Source: Escherichia phage 4E8
Sequence record: OQ689734.1
Length of the DNA stretch: 64,000 bases
Reading direction: 5' to 3' (one strand)
The notes under the pieces were generated by a model that was given only the letters and a program-made list of their open reading frames with translations, did not search any database and was not told the DNA's origin. Of this stretch, positions 36,776 to 47,200 are shown piece after piece (the first letter of the stretch is position 1; each line of letters starts with the position of its first letter). The position numbers and the translations under genes are program-made.

Positions 36776-38190
36776 GAGTTTCTGTTTCCTTGTACAGATG
36801 ATGCCAAATTGTTAATCATGTTACGAGCTGTTTCACGAGACAGTGTAACACCTGCTAAGTTACTATCAAGTTCACCAACCATTTCACGAGCAGCAGATCG
36901 TAGTTCTGCACCAAGTGCAGTATTAGAGTGAGCCAAACCATTACGACGACTATAAGGGCGAGGGGCTTCGTTAGCGTCATTAGCTAAAGATGCAAAGCCA
37001 GTACGAGCAGCTTCACGAGCCGCTATCGCTGCTACTTGATCTTCCATATGGGTTGGCACATCACCAACTTCTACACGTTCTATATCACTAGCACGTAGAC
37101 CCTGAACAACAGAGCTTACTGTTTCCCATGAACGACGAGAACGCTGTAAATCTCCCATTGACGGAGAAGAAGCAGGACGAATAGTTACCCCACCTGTGTC
37201 ATGAGTTACATGCCATGTATGGTTGTGGGTGTCCGTCCCAGAAGATCGTGCACTACCAAAACTGCCAGTGAAAGTGTCACGTCTGTTAGTTCCTGGAGTC
37301 CAAGGTTGTGTGATTGCTTCAGCACCGATAGTAACTAACCCACTAGACCATTCTGTCTGTAGGTTAACTTCTTCATCCAGATAAATATGACCTACTTCCG
37401 GAGGAATATTTAATGCAACCTCCATCATCTTCAAGGTATAATGACGACGTTGATTCTGATACAAGTTTACACCAGCCATAGGTCCAACTAGATCACTGAT
37501 AAGATGAACTTCTGGCTCACCAAAAGCACCCATCGCAAGGTGCATGTATTCAGTAGAACTGCTATAAACTGCAACAGTTGCTTCAGGCCACTTTTTGTGA
37601 ACATATTTCATTTCACGACTTGATACTACAGGAATGTCACGAGTATACGACATTGCAAACAAACCTTCATCTGACACATACATGTCATCAAGAGTCATGA
37701 AACCCTGACAGATCATAGGGAAGCGACCACATAGAGTGTTCATATCCAGAGGAAGGTTAATCATCATCTGAATCTTCACTTCATCAATCTCAATTTCCAG
37801 AATCTCTTGGAAAATGAAAAGTGCATCAGCGTAAGTTGCTCCGGTGATAGGCTGAGCTAAGCGAGATGTAACTTGAAGCCCCTTACTCTCTGTCCAAGAC
37901 AAGAAGTTGTCAAGGAACAGTGCAGCATTACTTACGTTAGCAGGGCTGTTTTCCTGACGAGTGTTCCAACGTAATCCTCCTTGAACTAGGAAGATATCAA
38001 CATCATTCGGAGTTCGGTTTTGGAAGAACGTATCACGAATAGCACCACCTGCAATAACAGGGTAGATACCATCAGGAACTACGTTGTCTCTGATCAGATT
38101 GCGAATCAGATCAAGCCCTACGCTGAGGGCTTCTCCTTCTTGAAGGTTTAATTCAGACAATGGAATCTTAATCATTTCTACATTTTCCAA
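36772..38190 (-). CDS. pol-beta-superfamily nucleotidyltransferase (CCA-adding / poly(A)-polymerase-like head), 472 aa
   Basis: [10 protein letters not shown]-x9-NDVDIF matches the GGAVRD...DxD head motif; remainder without recognisable motifs. Confidence 0.55.
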   Translation of the reverse strand: MENVEMIKIPLSELNLQEGEALSVGLDLIRNLIRDNVVPDGIYPVIAGGAIRDTFFQNRTPNDVDIFLVQGGLRWNTRQENSPANVSNAALFLDNFLSWTESKGLQVTSRLAQPITGATYADALFIFQEILEIEIDEVKIQMMINLPLDMNTLCGRFPMICQGFMTLDDMYVSDEGLFAMSYTRDIPVVSSREMKYVHKKWPEATVAVYSSSTEYMHLAMGAFGEPEVHLISDLVGPMAGVNLYQNQRRHYTLKMMEVALNIPPEVGHIYLDEEVNLQTEWSSGLVTIGAEAITQPWTPGTNRRDTFTGSFGSARSSGTDTHNHTWHVTHDTGGVTIRPASSPSMGDLQRSRRSWETVSSVVQGLRASDIERVEVGDVPTHMEDQVAAIAAREAARTGFASLANDANEAPRPYSRRNGLAHSNTALGAELRSAAREMVGELDSNLAGVTLSRETARNMINNLASSVQGNRNS

Positions 38191-38726
38191 TTTAGAGATG
38201 GGGGATTCTTATAATCAAATCCAGCCATTTGACAAAGACACATGTAAACTTTAACTGTCAAGTTAACGTCTTGCTCACAATAGGTGAACATGTCTTCAGT
38301 GAATGCGTCCCATGCCTCCTCCTGTTCTCCATAATCTCCTTTCAGCTCCCCAAGAAACTCGCCCCATTGTCTGAGGCCGTGACCACGAGGGCCATGTCTA
38401 GGGTCGCCTTTGGGGTATTCTGGACTATCACCAATACGGTCAGGCTTGAGATATCTACTCAGGCACAAAGTATCGAAGACGTTAAAGCGAAAAGGTATCA
38501 CATGAGAATAAAACTTAAACAAAGCAGGAAGGTCAAAATCAATAATATTGTGACCTATTACTACATCAGCCTCTTTCAGTTTGTGTAGTGCTTCTTCAAT
38601 TTGGTGAGGGCGATACCCCCACCGCTCTCCAGATAATACATCAAATATCCAGATACACCAGACATTCTGAATACCATCATAGAGATTATCCCCCTCAATA
38701 TCAAACGCATACAGTTTCTTTACCAC
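38178..38726 (-). CDS. 3'-5' proofreading exonuclease (DEDDy), stand-alone
   Basis: Exo I FDIEGD, Exo [10 protein letters not shown], Exo III YCEQDV. Confidence 0.8.
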   Translation of the reverse strand: MVKKLYAFDIEGDNLYDGIQNVWCIWIFDVLSGERWGYRPHQIEEALHKLKEADVVIGHNIIDFDLPALFKFYSHVIPFRFNVFDTLCLSRYLKPDRIGDSPEYPKGDPRHGPRGHGLRQWGEFLGELKGDYGEQEEAWDAFTEDMFTYCEQDVNLTVKVYMCLCQMAGFDYKNPPSLNWKM

Positions 38727-40510
38727 GGACGTGCCTCCCCTTCTTGTGCAAGTAAGGAAGCTGCATCCTCTCCATTGGTAACGGTAAAAGGATGCTCTTC
38801 ATCAACTTCATGATCTTCTCGTTCTACAAGACGACCTGTTTCATTGATGTATTTGGTATAGCAAACCCCTGTCTGTCCATAGTTACGCTCTTTGAGCAGT
38901 CGTATGATTGACAAGTTTTTACCTAACCCATCCGCTTGTTTGTTACGTTCAAAACCAATAATACACTGACACCAGCGCATCAATGAACGTGAACCAGTAA
39001 ACTGTACTTCTTTAACCTGACCACCTTCTTCGTGAGGTGCACCACCTGCCGGAGCGTTCAAGTGAGATAATACAAAAGCAGTGAAGTCTAATTCCTTACA
39101 CATACCAGCAAGCTCTGAAGCAATCTTGCTGATTTCTGTGTTTACCTCAGATGGGGTTAAGTGAGATACCAATGCAGTGATGTTATCAAGAATGATAAAT
39201 TTACACTGATTCTCAACTACCCAAAAGCGAATACACTGCTTAATGTCTTCCCACTCGTTCTGCCCAAAATTGTCATACAAGAAAAACTTATCAGCGTATC
39301 GAAGTGCTTCATCTCGTAGCTGGCTTTCTTCGTACTCAACATCTGGTCGGTGGAATGGAATAGATGCAGATTTACCTGCAATGTTCTTAACAGACATGCC
39401 TACCTTCTCTTCCAAGAAGAAGCCACCACCATTAAAACCATGCTCAAGGCAAAGCCATGCTACTAGTTCGTGTGCGATTAAGGTTTTACCTGAACCAACA
39501 CCACCGCCGATTGCAACCATCTCTCCCCAACGAATACCAAAGGTCATGTCGTTAAGAGTTTTCCACGGATAAGGAATACCCCATTCCGCTTTCTTCAGAG
39601 CATCTTCGAGGCAATCAAAAACTGTAACAGCGCCGGCAGGAGATTCCCGCTTAGCTGAATATTTCAGATTGTTGAAAAGCTCTTGACCTCTCCCTGCAAG
39701 TAACATGTCGTTTGCATCTTTGATTTCCTTTTCTTGTCCGTTATAAGTGAACGTACCTTTTGGAATCCTTGCAAACTTAACATGCGGGTACAGAGAACGA
39801 CCCTTAGTTAAAGCAATCTCACCTGCATCATCATTGTCCATGCAGAGTACAATCTCCTCGAAACCATTAATAAAATCACGGTTTCTTGATAATACAGAAG
39901 AGATTGAACCTGCACCGAACGGAAGAGAGACGCAAGCAGGTTTGATGTTAGTTGCGTTTGTAAACGCGGTAAGTACGTGGAACCCAGACATACAAGAGAG
40001 AGGATCTTCAAAGATGAAGAGTTTCTTGTTGTATACGTCACCACGTTGTGCTTGAGCCATACCAAACAAGTCGGCTTCTTTCACATTACCTACATAATAG
40101 AACTTCTTGCTGTCTAGAAGTTTTACTTCATATCCAACAATGTTCCCATCACGTTCACGAGGGAAGAAGTAGCTGTCAGGAGTTTGACCATCTGTTTGGC
40201 TTAAACCGATACGGCATCCATAACGTTCAGATACAGCTTTAGGAATTAAGCGACGAGTCAACTCTCCCTGAGGAAGCTCTAAGCAATCGTCTAAGACTTC
40301 TCGGAGTTCTTCAGGGGACAGCTCTTTCTTTTCATTAGGAGTGGGCGTCGTTCCTTTCTCGAAGATTTCATACGCACCACATCTGTTACATGAACCCCAC
40401 TCCTCACCGGACTCTTCATTTCGGAAGAGAATCATGTGATTGCGGGTCTTATCACGACCATGAGAGATACACTCTTTACAGCCTGTGTCTCCCAAAATGA
40501 TCTTTGACAT
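38720..40510 (-). CDS. DNA primase-helicase (T7 gp4-like)
   Basis: N-terminal Zn ribbon CKEC...CNRC, TOPRIM acidic motifs (CMDNDDAGE), helicase Walker [10 protein letters not shown]. Confidence 0.9.
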   Translation of the reverse strand: MSKIILGDTGCKECISHGRDKTRNHMILFRNEESGEEWGSCNRCGAYEIFEKGTTPTPNEKKELSPEELREVLDDCLELPQGELTRRLIPKAVSERYGCRIGLSQTDGQTPDSYFFPRERDGNIVGYEVKLLDSKKFYYVGNVKEADLFGMAQAQRGDVYNKKLFIFEDPLSCMSGFHVLTAFTNATNIKPACVSLPFGAGSISSVLSRNRDFINGFEEIVLCMDNDDAGEIALTKGRSLYPHVKFARIPKGTFTYNGQEKEIKDANDMLLAGRGQELFNNLKYSAKRESPAGAVTVFDCLEDALKKAEWGIPYPWKTLNDMTFGIRWGEMVAIGGGVGSGKTLIAHELVAWLCLEHGFNGGGFFLEEKVGMSVKNIAGKSASIPFHRPDVEYEESQLRDEALRYADKFFLYDNFGQNEWEDIKQCIRFWVVENQCKFIILDNITALVSHLTPSEVNTEISKIASELAGMCKELDFTAFVLSHLNAPAGGAPHEEGGQVKEVQFTGSRSLMRWCQCIIGFERNKQADGLGKNLSIIRLLKERNYGQTGVCYTKYINETGRLVEREDHEVDEEHPFTVTNGEDAASLLAQEGEARPW

Positions 40511-40545
40511 GCTCTATCCTCCTTGGAATTCCTTGAGCAATCTTC

Positions 40546-40752
40546 TTAGTAAAACGATCGTATTTCTTCCCACACATCATCTTGCAAGTTTCTAAAACCC
40601 TGCAAGGTTTGCTTTGTTCTGTGAATAAATTCTTCAGAGTGCTTGTCGGGTGTGAGCATACTGACAAACTTTTCATAGCGATTAATCTTCCACCGCATCT
40701 TCAAGTAGTCAGATTCCAGCTTTCTTAACTTCTGCCTGTCAGTTACTGTCAT
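40546..40752 (-). CDS. hypothetical protein
   Basis: track ORF 40546-40848 overlaps upstream gene by 110 nt; internal Met start used. Confidence 0.35.
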   Translation of the reverse strand: MTVTDRQKLRKLESDYLKMRWKINRYEKFVSMLTPDKHSEEFIHRTKQTLQGFRNLQDDVWEEIRSFY

Positions 40753-41170
40753 CCTTCTCACCTGCCAGATATGCTGTCCAGTCACCAGATTCAACCAGAA
40801 CATCTTGTTCTTCGTCGATGTGATAAATCCACGCTTCCACAGTTTCACCGCTGTCCAATAATACTGGAATCAGTGTACGCTTGTAAAAGGTGTATGGGTT
40901 ATCATTACCACGATGACCTTCCAGACCGTCATACGGACCTTCCAGACCAGCTTGGGTTGTTTCAAAGACTTCTACACGAACAGGCTTACCATTGCTGTCA
41001 TGCTCCAAAGATACACTTGGGAAGTATGCTGTGCAATACTGATACAGGTTACAGTTGTTTACTGTCCACCCTTCACCAATAGACACACCACCTGCACGAG
41101 CATTGATAGCGTGGTTGTGTTGACCTTTACGAAGAGAACCATACGTTGCAACTAATACTTTATCAGACAT
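40739..41170 (-). CDS. gamma-glutamyl cyclotransferase-like (AIG2/GGCT fold) protein
   Basis: N-terminal VATYGSLRKGQHNH (YGSL-x-G motif) and downstream conserved Glu region. Confidence 0.6.
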   Translation of the reverse strand: MSDKVLVATYGSLRKGQHNHAINARAGGVSIGEGWTVNNCNLYQYCTAYFPSVSLEHDSNGKPVRVEVFETTQAGLEGPYDGLEGHRGNDNPYTFYKRTLIPVLLDSGETVEAWIYHIDEEQDVLVESGDWTAYLAGEKDDSN

Positions 41171-41174
41171 TACA

Positions 41175-41372
41175 TTACCTTTTGTTTAAAATTTCTTTTG
41201 TACAAGAAGTCCCGTTACACACGAGAACTGTTTGAGTTATAGAATCGACAACTGTTACATGGCTGCCGCATTGAGTTATGATTTGACCTCTCCCTGAATC
41301 TTTAGAGATGCATTCATCAGCGGCGATCGCTGACACACTGAATAAGGAGAGGAAAAATAGAATCTTTTTCAT
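41175..41372 (-). CDS. small secreted Cys-rich protein
   Basis: signal peptide MKKILFFLSLFSVSAIA; six Cys in mature part. Confidence 0.5.
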   Translation of the reverse strand: MKKILFFLSLFSVSAIAADECISKDSGRGQIITQCGSHVTVVDSITQTVLVCNGTSCTKEILNKR

Positions 41373-41378
41373 GGCTGC

Positions 41379-41795
41379 TTACCAATCATGTTGGAAACCA
41401 GAATATCCAGAGAAGATGATTGATCGGATTGGCTTTTCAGGGAATTCTTCAAAACATCCCTTAATGGCTTTCTTGGTTTCATCAGAAATTGACTCTTTTT
41501 CACCAAACCAGTATTCTTCAAAAATATCAGAGAAGATATAAGTTCGGTATCTTTCCAAGTCATAAAAACCTTCCACTGCACTTGTAACAGCTCTACTAAT
41601 TACACTTGAAGCTACAGGAAATAAGTCACCGTGTTCCAGAAACAAGCACCAACGATCAAAGAGAGGAATCTCTTCATCTTTCAGAAGACTTTCTAACTCT
41701 TCCTTTGCCTCTTTCTTGTGCTTATCAAAGAGGTTTTTGGAATACTCTACATCTAAGATACGACTTTTAAACATATCCAGTTTATTATTAACCAT
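41379..41795 (-). CDS. hypothetical protein
   Basis: 138-aa ORF. Confidence 0.5.
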   Translation of the reverse strand: MVNNKLDMFKSRILDVEYSKNLFDKHKKEAKEELESLLKDEEIPLFDRWCLFLEHGDLFPVASSVISRAVTSAVEGFYDLERYRTYIFSDIFEEYWFGEKESISDETKKAIKGCFEEFPEKPIRSIIFSGYSGFQHDW

Positions 41796-41852
41796 TTTAC
41801 AACCTCTAGTTAAATTCGAACTAGCCTCCTCTTTCGAAGAGGCTAAAGCAAA

Positions 41853-42038
41853 TTATTCTACTTCGAAGTGTTTGATCACACCAGTCAGTACATCAGATTG
41901 GAACGTACCTACTAGCTCTGTGCCTCGGAAAAAGTTAACACTTGTTCCAAGTGATTCAAAGCGATCTGCTTGAATGTCCAGAGATTGAATATTTCCTTCT
42001 GCTGACATTGTACGAAACATGATTGTGTATTTATTCAC
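41853..42038 (-). CDS. hypothetical protein
   Basis: 61-aa ORF. Confidence 0.4.
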   Translation of the reverse strand: MNKYTIMFRTMSAEGNIQSLDIQADRFESLGTSVNFFRGTELVGTFQSDVLTGVIKHFEVE

Positions 42039-42277
42039 AGACTTGTTACTCCCTTATCTGCTTGTGCAATTGCGATGATACGCTCAGCACATTCCATTGA
42101 ATATTTATCACCTCGTTTGAGGAAGGTGATGATTGCAGAGAACTGATTACCAATCATTCTCTTATTTGTGATACCAAACTCTTCACAGAGTTGGTTGATA
42201 GCTTTACGAGAGCCTACAATCAGAGGCTCTTTTTCTTCGGTCATTCCACGGCTGATCAAATCTTCGATAGACAACAT
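42035..42277 (-). CDS. hypothetical protein
   Basis: 80-aa ORF, ATGA coupling with downstream gene. Confidence 0.45.
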   Translation of the reverse strand: MLSIEDLISRGMTEEKEPLIVGSRKAINQLCEEFGITNKRMIGNQFSAIITFLKRGDKYSMECAERIIAIAQADKGVTSL

Positions 42278-42303
42278 TACAAATTCCTTTTTGTTTAATT
42301 TAA

Positions 42304-43539
42304 TTACAGAGTTACTGCTACTTCGCTACCTTCAACACTGACAGACTCTAACTTGCGAGGGTTATGAATCTGGACTGGATTGACCGGAACGTTCCAACCA
42401 CTGCGGTAGAAGTTACGACCATCACAGAACAGGATGACATTGGCAGACATTGCATTCGGTTGCAGGTTGTTGTGGACATGACGGATATTTGCAATCCAGT
42501 AGCCACGAGACAAAGTGTAGCCAGTAGGTGCATTACGAATAGTTTGAGTATTCATCTGACCTTCCAGTTGCATTTCTTCAGGAACCACATCAACTGAATC
42601 AATCGGCTGTGCTACTTGTCCTTCCAGTGCAAAGTTTTCATCATCAGCACTTTCAATATCATCCACCAACTCACCGTCTCCATCTTCAATCGGAGTCTGG
42701 TAAACCACTTTATACTGAGGAGTATAGAGAGGGTTCTGAGCTTTAACAAACTCAAGAATGTTATGACGGTAGGTATCCAGAGTTGTACCAGTCAGGCCCG
42801 GTGCTGTATTAACTTCCAGTACCCACGCTTCTTGACCTTTGGTGATAATATCAACTGCACCGAAATCCAGACCCATTGATTCAACAGCTTTCACCGCATT
42901 GATCAGAGAGGCGTCATTCGGAGCATCTGTGAAGGAGCTTGAGTAAACCCAGCCAGTGTGGTGATTACGAATATCTTCACGATAGTTAGGGTCTTCTCGA
43001 TAACCGTTGCGACGAATCTTCTTCTGAACATAGGTGATTACACCTTTGAACACATGGACACGCCACTCACGACGTGGGCCTTGAATGCCTTTAGTGTACA
43101 GTTCAGCTCGACCAAGACCATCACCCGGTTCTACAACAACAATGCCCGAACCAGAGTGACCAGTCAGCTCATGGCGCTCATACACAATATTACCAGTGTT
43201 TGACCACTCTTGAGCAGTCTCTTGAACATCTGTGTATTCCACAGTTTTAACACCTGCTTGGTCCATCACGCTGAAAGCACGACGTTTGTTCGCTGCCATA
43301 TGTAAGGCTGCGGTACGGTTAAGGACGGTTGCAGAACCAAAGAATGATTCAGGATAGCGACGGTTCCCGTAGTTAACAACCACATCACCTTCACGAGAAC
43401 GCCAGCGGCTATTCTCTGAAAGAAGACCCATCACGTTAGCATTGATGCGTTCATCACGGATAGTATCACTGATAGCAGATACTAGAGCGTTAACAGAATC
43501 AGACGGGCCATACGGAAGAACACGGATACGAGTAGTCAT
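42304..43539 (-). CDS. ATP-grasp ligase (RimK / glutathione-synthetase-like)
   Basis: EWRVHVFKGVITYV and GLDFGAVDIITKGQEAWVLEVNTAPGL match the ATP-grasp C-terminal signature. Confidence 0.7.
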   Translation of the reverse strand: MTTRIRVLPYGPSDSVNALVSAISDTIRDERINANVMGLLSENSRWRSREGDVVVNYGNRRYPESFFGSATVLNRTAALHMAANKRRAFSVMDQAGVKTVEYTDVQETAQEWSNTGNIVYERHELTGHSGSGIVVVEPGDGLGRAELYTKGIQGPRREWRVHVFKGVITYVQKKIRRNGYREDPNYREDIRNHHTGWVYSSSFTDAPNDASLINAVKAVESMGLDFGAVDIITKGQEAWVLEVNTAPGLTGTTLDTYRHNILEFVKAQNPLYTPQYKVVYQTPIEDGDGELVDDIESADDENFALEGQVAQPIDSVDVVPEEMQLEGQMNTQTIRNAPTGYTLSRGYWIANIRHVHNNLQPNAMSANVILFCDGRNFYRSGWNVPVNPVQIHNPRKLESVSVEGSEVAVTL

Positions 43540-43541
43540 TT

Positions 43542-43772
43542 TTAGATACCTTTTAGTTTAAGGATTTCGTTACGACAGGATTGAATTTTAGCTTCGATTG
43601 CCCAATACTCAGCGAACATTTCGTCTTCTTGGGCATCGCTTGGAGAGTCGATTAAGTTAAAAGCAAACGGATACAGCTTTCGCTGCTCCGTTACCAGTTG
43701 TTGAAGTCGGAGTTGTTGATACTCCAGCATTGTCAGGTGAGGCTTAGCTCCCTTGCTTGACATGAGGCTCAA
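43542..43772 (-). CDS. hypothetical protein
   Basis: 76-aa ORF. Confidence 0.45.
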   Translation of the reverse strand: MSLMSSKGAKPHLTMLEYQQLRLQQLVTEQRKLYPFAFNLIDSPSDAQEDEMFAEYWAIEAKIQSCRNEILKLKGI

Positions 43773-43977
43773 CTTTAATCCCCTTCATTTTAACATAGTC
43801 AGCCAACACGTTATTGATAACGGTTGGAAAAGGGATTTCTACTGGAGAGTCAACCAGCTTCCCAATACCTTCTTGCATCCACTTCTGGATTGCTCGGAGG
43901 TTATCACATCCTGTGCTTGTCATCGGAATACGGCGGGTAGTTACCACGTTATCCAACATCAGTTTACGAACTTCCAT
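43744..43977 (-). CDS. hypothetical protein
   Basis: 77-aa ORF. Confidence 0.45.
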   Translation of the reverse strand: MEVRKLMLDNVVTTRRIPMTSTGCDNLRAIQKWMQEGIGKLVDSPVEIPFPTVINNVLADYVKMKGIKVEPHVKQGS

Positions 43978-43988
43978 AACTATACCTC

Positions 43989-45992
43989 TTAGTGTTTACC
44001 TTTACAGTAATCTGAATTACAGATCACCCTGTTTTCTTTGTTCAGTGAGCAAGTTTCTGCATCACGCCACGGAATTTGTTTATAACAGACTGCACAAAAC
44101 CCAATTGAAGTCCAGAGGGCTTTTGTAAACTCAGCTGTTCGTTGTCCATCGTAACTGACAACTGTTTTTCGGAGAGAGGTTGACTTTTCTGGAAATGTCT
44201 CCGCTTTCTCAGCGGGTACCTCCTTTGGGGCATTCTTTGGACCATAAACAGAGATGGCATAAGTATCACCACCACGTTTTTCCAAATACGAATTAGGAAC
44301 ATCTGCAAGTGTGATGTCCCCTGAACGTTTTGCTGAGCTGACCATTACAATCATACGGCTAAGCATACGTTCATCAACACGAACAGCTACTTCAGGACGA
44401 CGTGGGTTGGTTGTGTCTACTGCTTTAGTCCAAATATAACCTTCAGATAGAGTAACATTCTTTACTTTATCTTTGATTTCTTTGGAGCAGATATAACAAA
44501 CGTCTTCACCACGAAGTTTACTCATTTCATTGTCAAACTCGAAATCAGTCTTGACTTCACCACAGATAGCACATACACCCAAAGGCACATCTTCTTCCTC
44601 TTCAGAGGTTTTAGATAACGCTTCGAAGCATTCTGGATGCCAGTATGCCTGATAAGCAAACACAGCCTTACGAGCATCTTTCCAGTCAATGTGCTTATCA
44701 CAACCACCACAGTCACCATGAGAGTGAGATTCCCAGAACTTACGAGTGACTTCTACACCATTCTTAGTGATGAAGGAGTCCTCTGCATCAAAAGGGATAT
44801 CATCATCAAAATCAGCAGTAGTGCTTTGAGGCTCCTTATCTGTAGCATCAACAAACAGCCCTGAAGTTAGTACGAGGCGAATCATACTGTCCACTTCGGA
44901 GATACAAGCAATCGTCCCGCGATATACTACCTTTGGGTTTTCAAGAGCCTTAAGATATTCATCTTTGGCTACGTTGTGAACATCCCCTTCGACATACTCT
45001 TGAGCTTTATCATCGTAGATGTAACCAACCATCTTACCACGATCTGTGTTGTTATAAGCATGGAACTCGTGAGGAATAATATCCACACGACCATCACGAC
45101 GATAAGGAAGACCACGATCGGCAGCCAGTTTGTTCTGGTCTTCAATCGCTTTACGACGACGAATGTCTCCGCTTGTCACGCCGGGCTTGTCGTCTTTGTT
45201 TCCGTAAATGTCGCTTGTGCTGCTGCTTGATTTGTTTGTCTGTTGGTTCTGATAAAGAGAGGAGTTCGAGTAATAGCCGCCCCAGCGACTCGTTACCGTA
45301 AAAACCGGAAGCGTGTGCTCCACCTCTTGAACCAGAGTCATACGACTGTTAGACACATCAAAGATATACTCAGTTCCCACTTTACATTCGAAGTGGTCAT
45401 TGATACGGTTCTTATGGGACTTAGAACGCTCTAAAATCCACATAAGCATAGCTTCTTCAGAAGCTCCAAACCAATCCAAACCACAGCGGGCTAGGTGGAA
45501 AGGACGCTCATCATTACGGATAATGTGAAGTGTGTTGTCTTTAGCATCATGCCAAATCAAAGTGAATGCACCATCCAGTTTTTGGATAGTCTCTGCTGCT
45601 CCAATGGTGTTAATTGAGTGGCAGATGTTTTCACTATCAACTTCGAAACGCTTACTGTCAGGAAGGAGATCTTGATCTAACAGGGTTCCATTATGAACCA
45701 GAGTAATATCCCCGTAAGTAAATGGGTGAGCATTTCGAGCATTGACAGCCCCACGAGTGGCATGTCGGCTGTGACCAACAATCCACGAAGGAGGAACTAC
45801 GTAGTTCGTAAGCCCTTTGGTAATATTTGTATATTCTGTCTGGAGCATAAAAGCATAAGAAGGAAGAGCTTCTTTATAAGAGAAGACTTGCTTTTCACCT
45901 TTACGCTGACCAAACACACCAGTTGAGTGCTGTCCACGGAAAACACCAGCATACAGAAGTTGGTTGAAAATGTCCAAATCTGCTGAGGTCAT
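43989..45992 (-). CDS. class-II (Ntn) glutamine amidotransferase domain fused to a Cys-rich zinc-ribbon C-terminal region, 667 aa
   Basis: FRGQHSTGV and HSRHATRG...NAHPF...LVHNGTL GATase-II motifs; several CxxC pairs in C-terminal half; true start is probably ATT at 46020-46022 (see findings). Confidence 0.75.
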   Translation of the reverse strand: MTSADLDIFNQLLYAGVFRGQHSTGVFGQRKGEKQVFSYKEALPSYAFMLQTEYTNITKGLTNYVVPPSWIVGHSRHATRGAVNARNAHPFTYGDITLVHNGTLLDQDLLPDSKRFEVDSENICHSINTIGAAETIQKLDGAFTLIWHDAKDNTLHIIRNDERPFHLARCGLDWFGASEEAMLMWILERSKSHKNRINDHFECKVGTEYIFDVSNSRMTLVQEVEHTLPVFTVTSRWGGYYSNSSLYQNQQTNKSSSSTSDIYGNKDDKPGVTSGDIRRRKAIEDQNKLAADRGLPYRRDGRVDIIPHEFHAYNNTDRGKMVGYIYDDKAQEYVEGDVHNVAKDEYLKALENPKVVYRGTIACISEVDSMIRLVLTSGLFVDATDKEPQSTTADFDDDIPFDAEDSFITKNGVEVTRKFWESHSHGDCGGCDKHIDWKDARKAVFAYQAYWHPECFEALSKTSEEEEDVPLGVCAICGEVKTDFEFDNEMSKLRGEDVCYICSKEIKDKVKNVTLSEGYIWTKAVDTTNPRRPEVAVRVDERMLSRMIVMVSSAKRSGDITLADVPNSYLEKRGGDTYAISVYGPKNAPKEVPAEKAETFPEKSTSLRKTVVSYDGQRTAEFTKALWTSIGFCAVCYKQIPWRDAETCSLNKENRVICNSDYCKGKH

Positions 45993-46099
45993 GTTGCCGC
46001 CAGCTAATACGATACCACAAATTTTCTAATCCACCTGAAGGGTAAACCCTTTCATCTAATTAACCTTTAAATGCGCCCTGTATAAGAGCGCCCGTTGTG

Positions 46100-47200
46100 T
46101 TACAGCAGTCGTTCTAATTGCATTTCCAGATGGTCTGGAATATAACCAGTGACGTTATCATCACTGCTACCTGATTCACGCATCAATGCAAACATGTGAC
46201 GAATTTCACGAACCGTTGCGATTCGAGTGCTTTCAATCTGAGGGGTGTAGTAGGTCATGATCTCTTCGTAGACACTGTTGGCATTACCGCGCACATATCC
46301 CAAGAAACCATAGAAGTCATTCATATCACGTAAGTTGATAAGGACTTCACCATCAGGGCCAGTCTGTTGCACACGAACACGACCAACCAAAGTTACAGAT
46401 TGCTCACGACAGAAGAGAATATCACGAGCAAGACGATACCCTTCAGTGAGATCACTGTCTCTTGGAGTATAGTCTAGGGGTAGATGTTGAATCATAGGAG
46501 CGAAGCGCAGCTCATTCAACTTCTCAACATAAGCTTCATTGTCTAAATCTGCATATTCAACAGCCAGTTTCTTGAGAACCAAGAAGCGGTTGACCAGATT
46601 CAGAAGTTGGCTCTTTTTCCACTTCGGCTCTGAGATACGGAACTCAACAGAACCAAATTGAGATAGAGGCAAAAGATTAAGGGAGGTATATTTATCCCAG
46701 CTATTAACAAGAGAGTGGAAGAAAGCTTCCCCGTCTCGGTTGAACGCTGACGAAGCATTCATAACTTGTGCTTGAACGACAGCAAAAGCTGGACAGAAGT
46801 TGCTACGATAGCGATGGTATCCAGAACATTTGAACATCATCTTTTCATAGAACGTCCATCCAAGAATAACTTTCTTAAGGATATTACTATCAGCGTCACG
46901 CATATCCATATGAACGTGAGTGGAGCAGCGCCAAGTTCCCTCGGCTCCAGAATCCTGTACTGCTTCACTCAGATTGTTAATAGCACGAAGTAATTCTTCA
47001 CCGTTGTAAGGTCGTGCACATACTAATTCACAACCATCACGAAGAGAGCCATCTTCAGTACAAACCCACATATCAGCGTCAATGTCAGTTGTACCTTCGA
47101 CTTCTAACTCAATACCAACACCACACTGAAAAGCAATACTTGGATGCGGTTCAGATAAGCGAGGGTTACGGTATCCAAAAACTTGTGCTACGGTTGTCAT
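46100..47200 (-). CDS. GCS / glutamine-synthetase-like amidoligase (COOH-NH2 ligase type)
   Basis: GVGIELEVEG ... DGSLRDGCELV ... STHVHMD pattern typical of the amidoligase / GCS2 superfamily. Confidence 0.6.
   Translation of the reverse strand: MTTVAQVFGYRNPRLSEPHPSIAFQCGVGIELEVEGTTDIDADMWVCTEDGSLRDGCELVCARPYNGEELLRAINNLSEAVQDSGAEGTWRCSTHVHMDMRDADSNILKKVILGWTFYEKMMFKCSGYHRYRSNFCPAFAVVQAQVMNASSAFNRDGEAFFHSLVNSWDKYTSLNLLPLSQFGSVEFRISEPKWKKSQLLNLVNRFLVLKKLAVEYADLDNEAYVEKLNELRFAPMIQHLPLDYTPRDSDLTEGYRLARDILFCREQSVTLVGRVRVQQTGPDGEVLINLRDMNDFYGFLGYVRGNANSVYEEIMTYYTPQIESTRIATVREIRHMFALMRESGSSDDNVTGYIPDHLEMQLERLL

Noticed and set aside
38229-38588. Plus-strand 119-aa ORF inside the 3'-5' exonuclease gene
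   Set aside because: Antisense to a motif-supported gene.
40476-40676. 66-aa minus-strand ORF overlapping the primase-helicase start and the next gene
   Set aside because: Overlaps two better-supported genes in a different frame.
44042-45434. Assorted short ORFs on both strands within the 667-aa amidotransferase gene
   Set aside because: Nested in a motif-supported long ORF.
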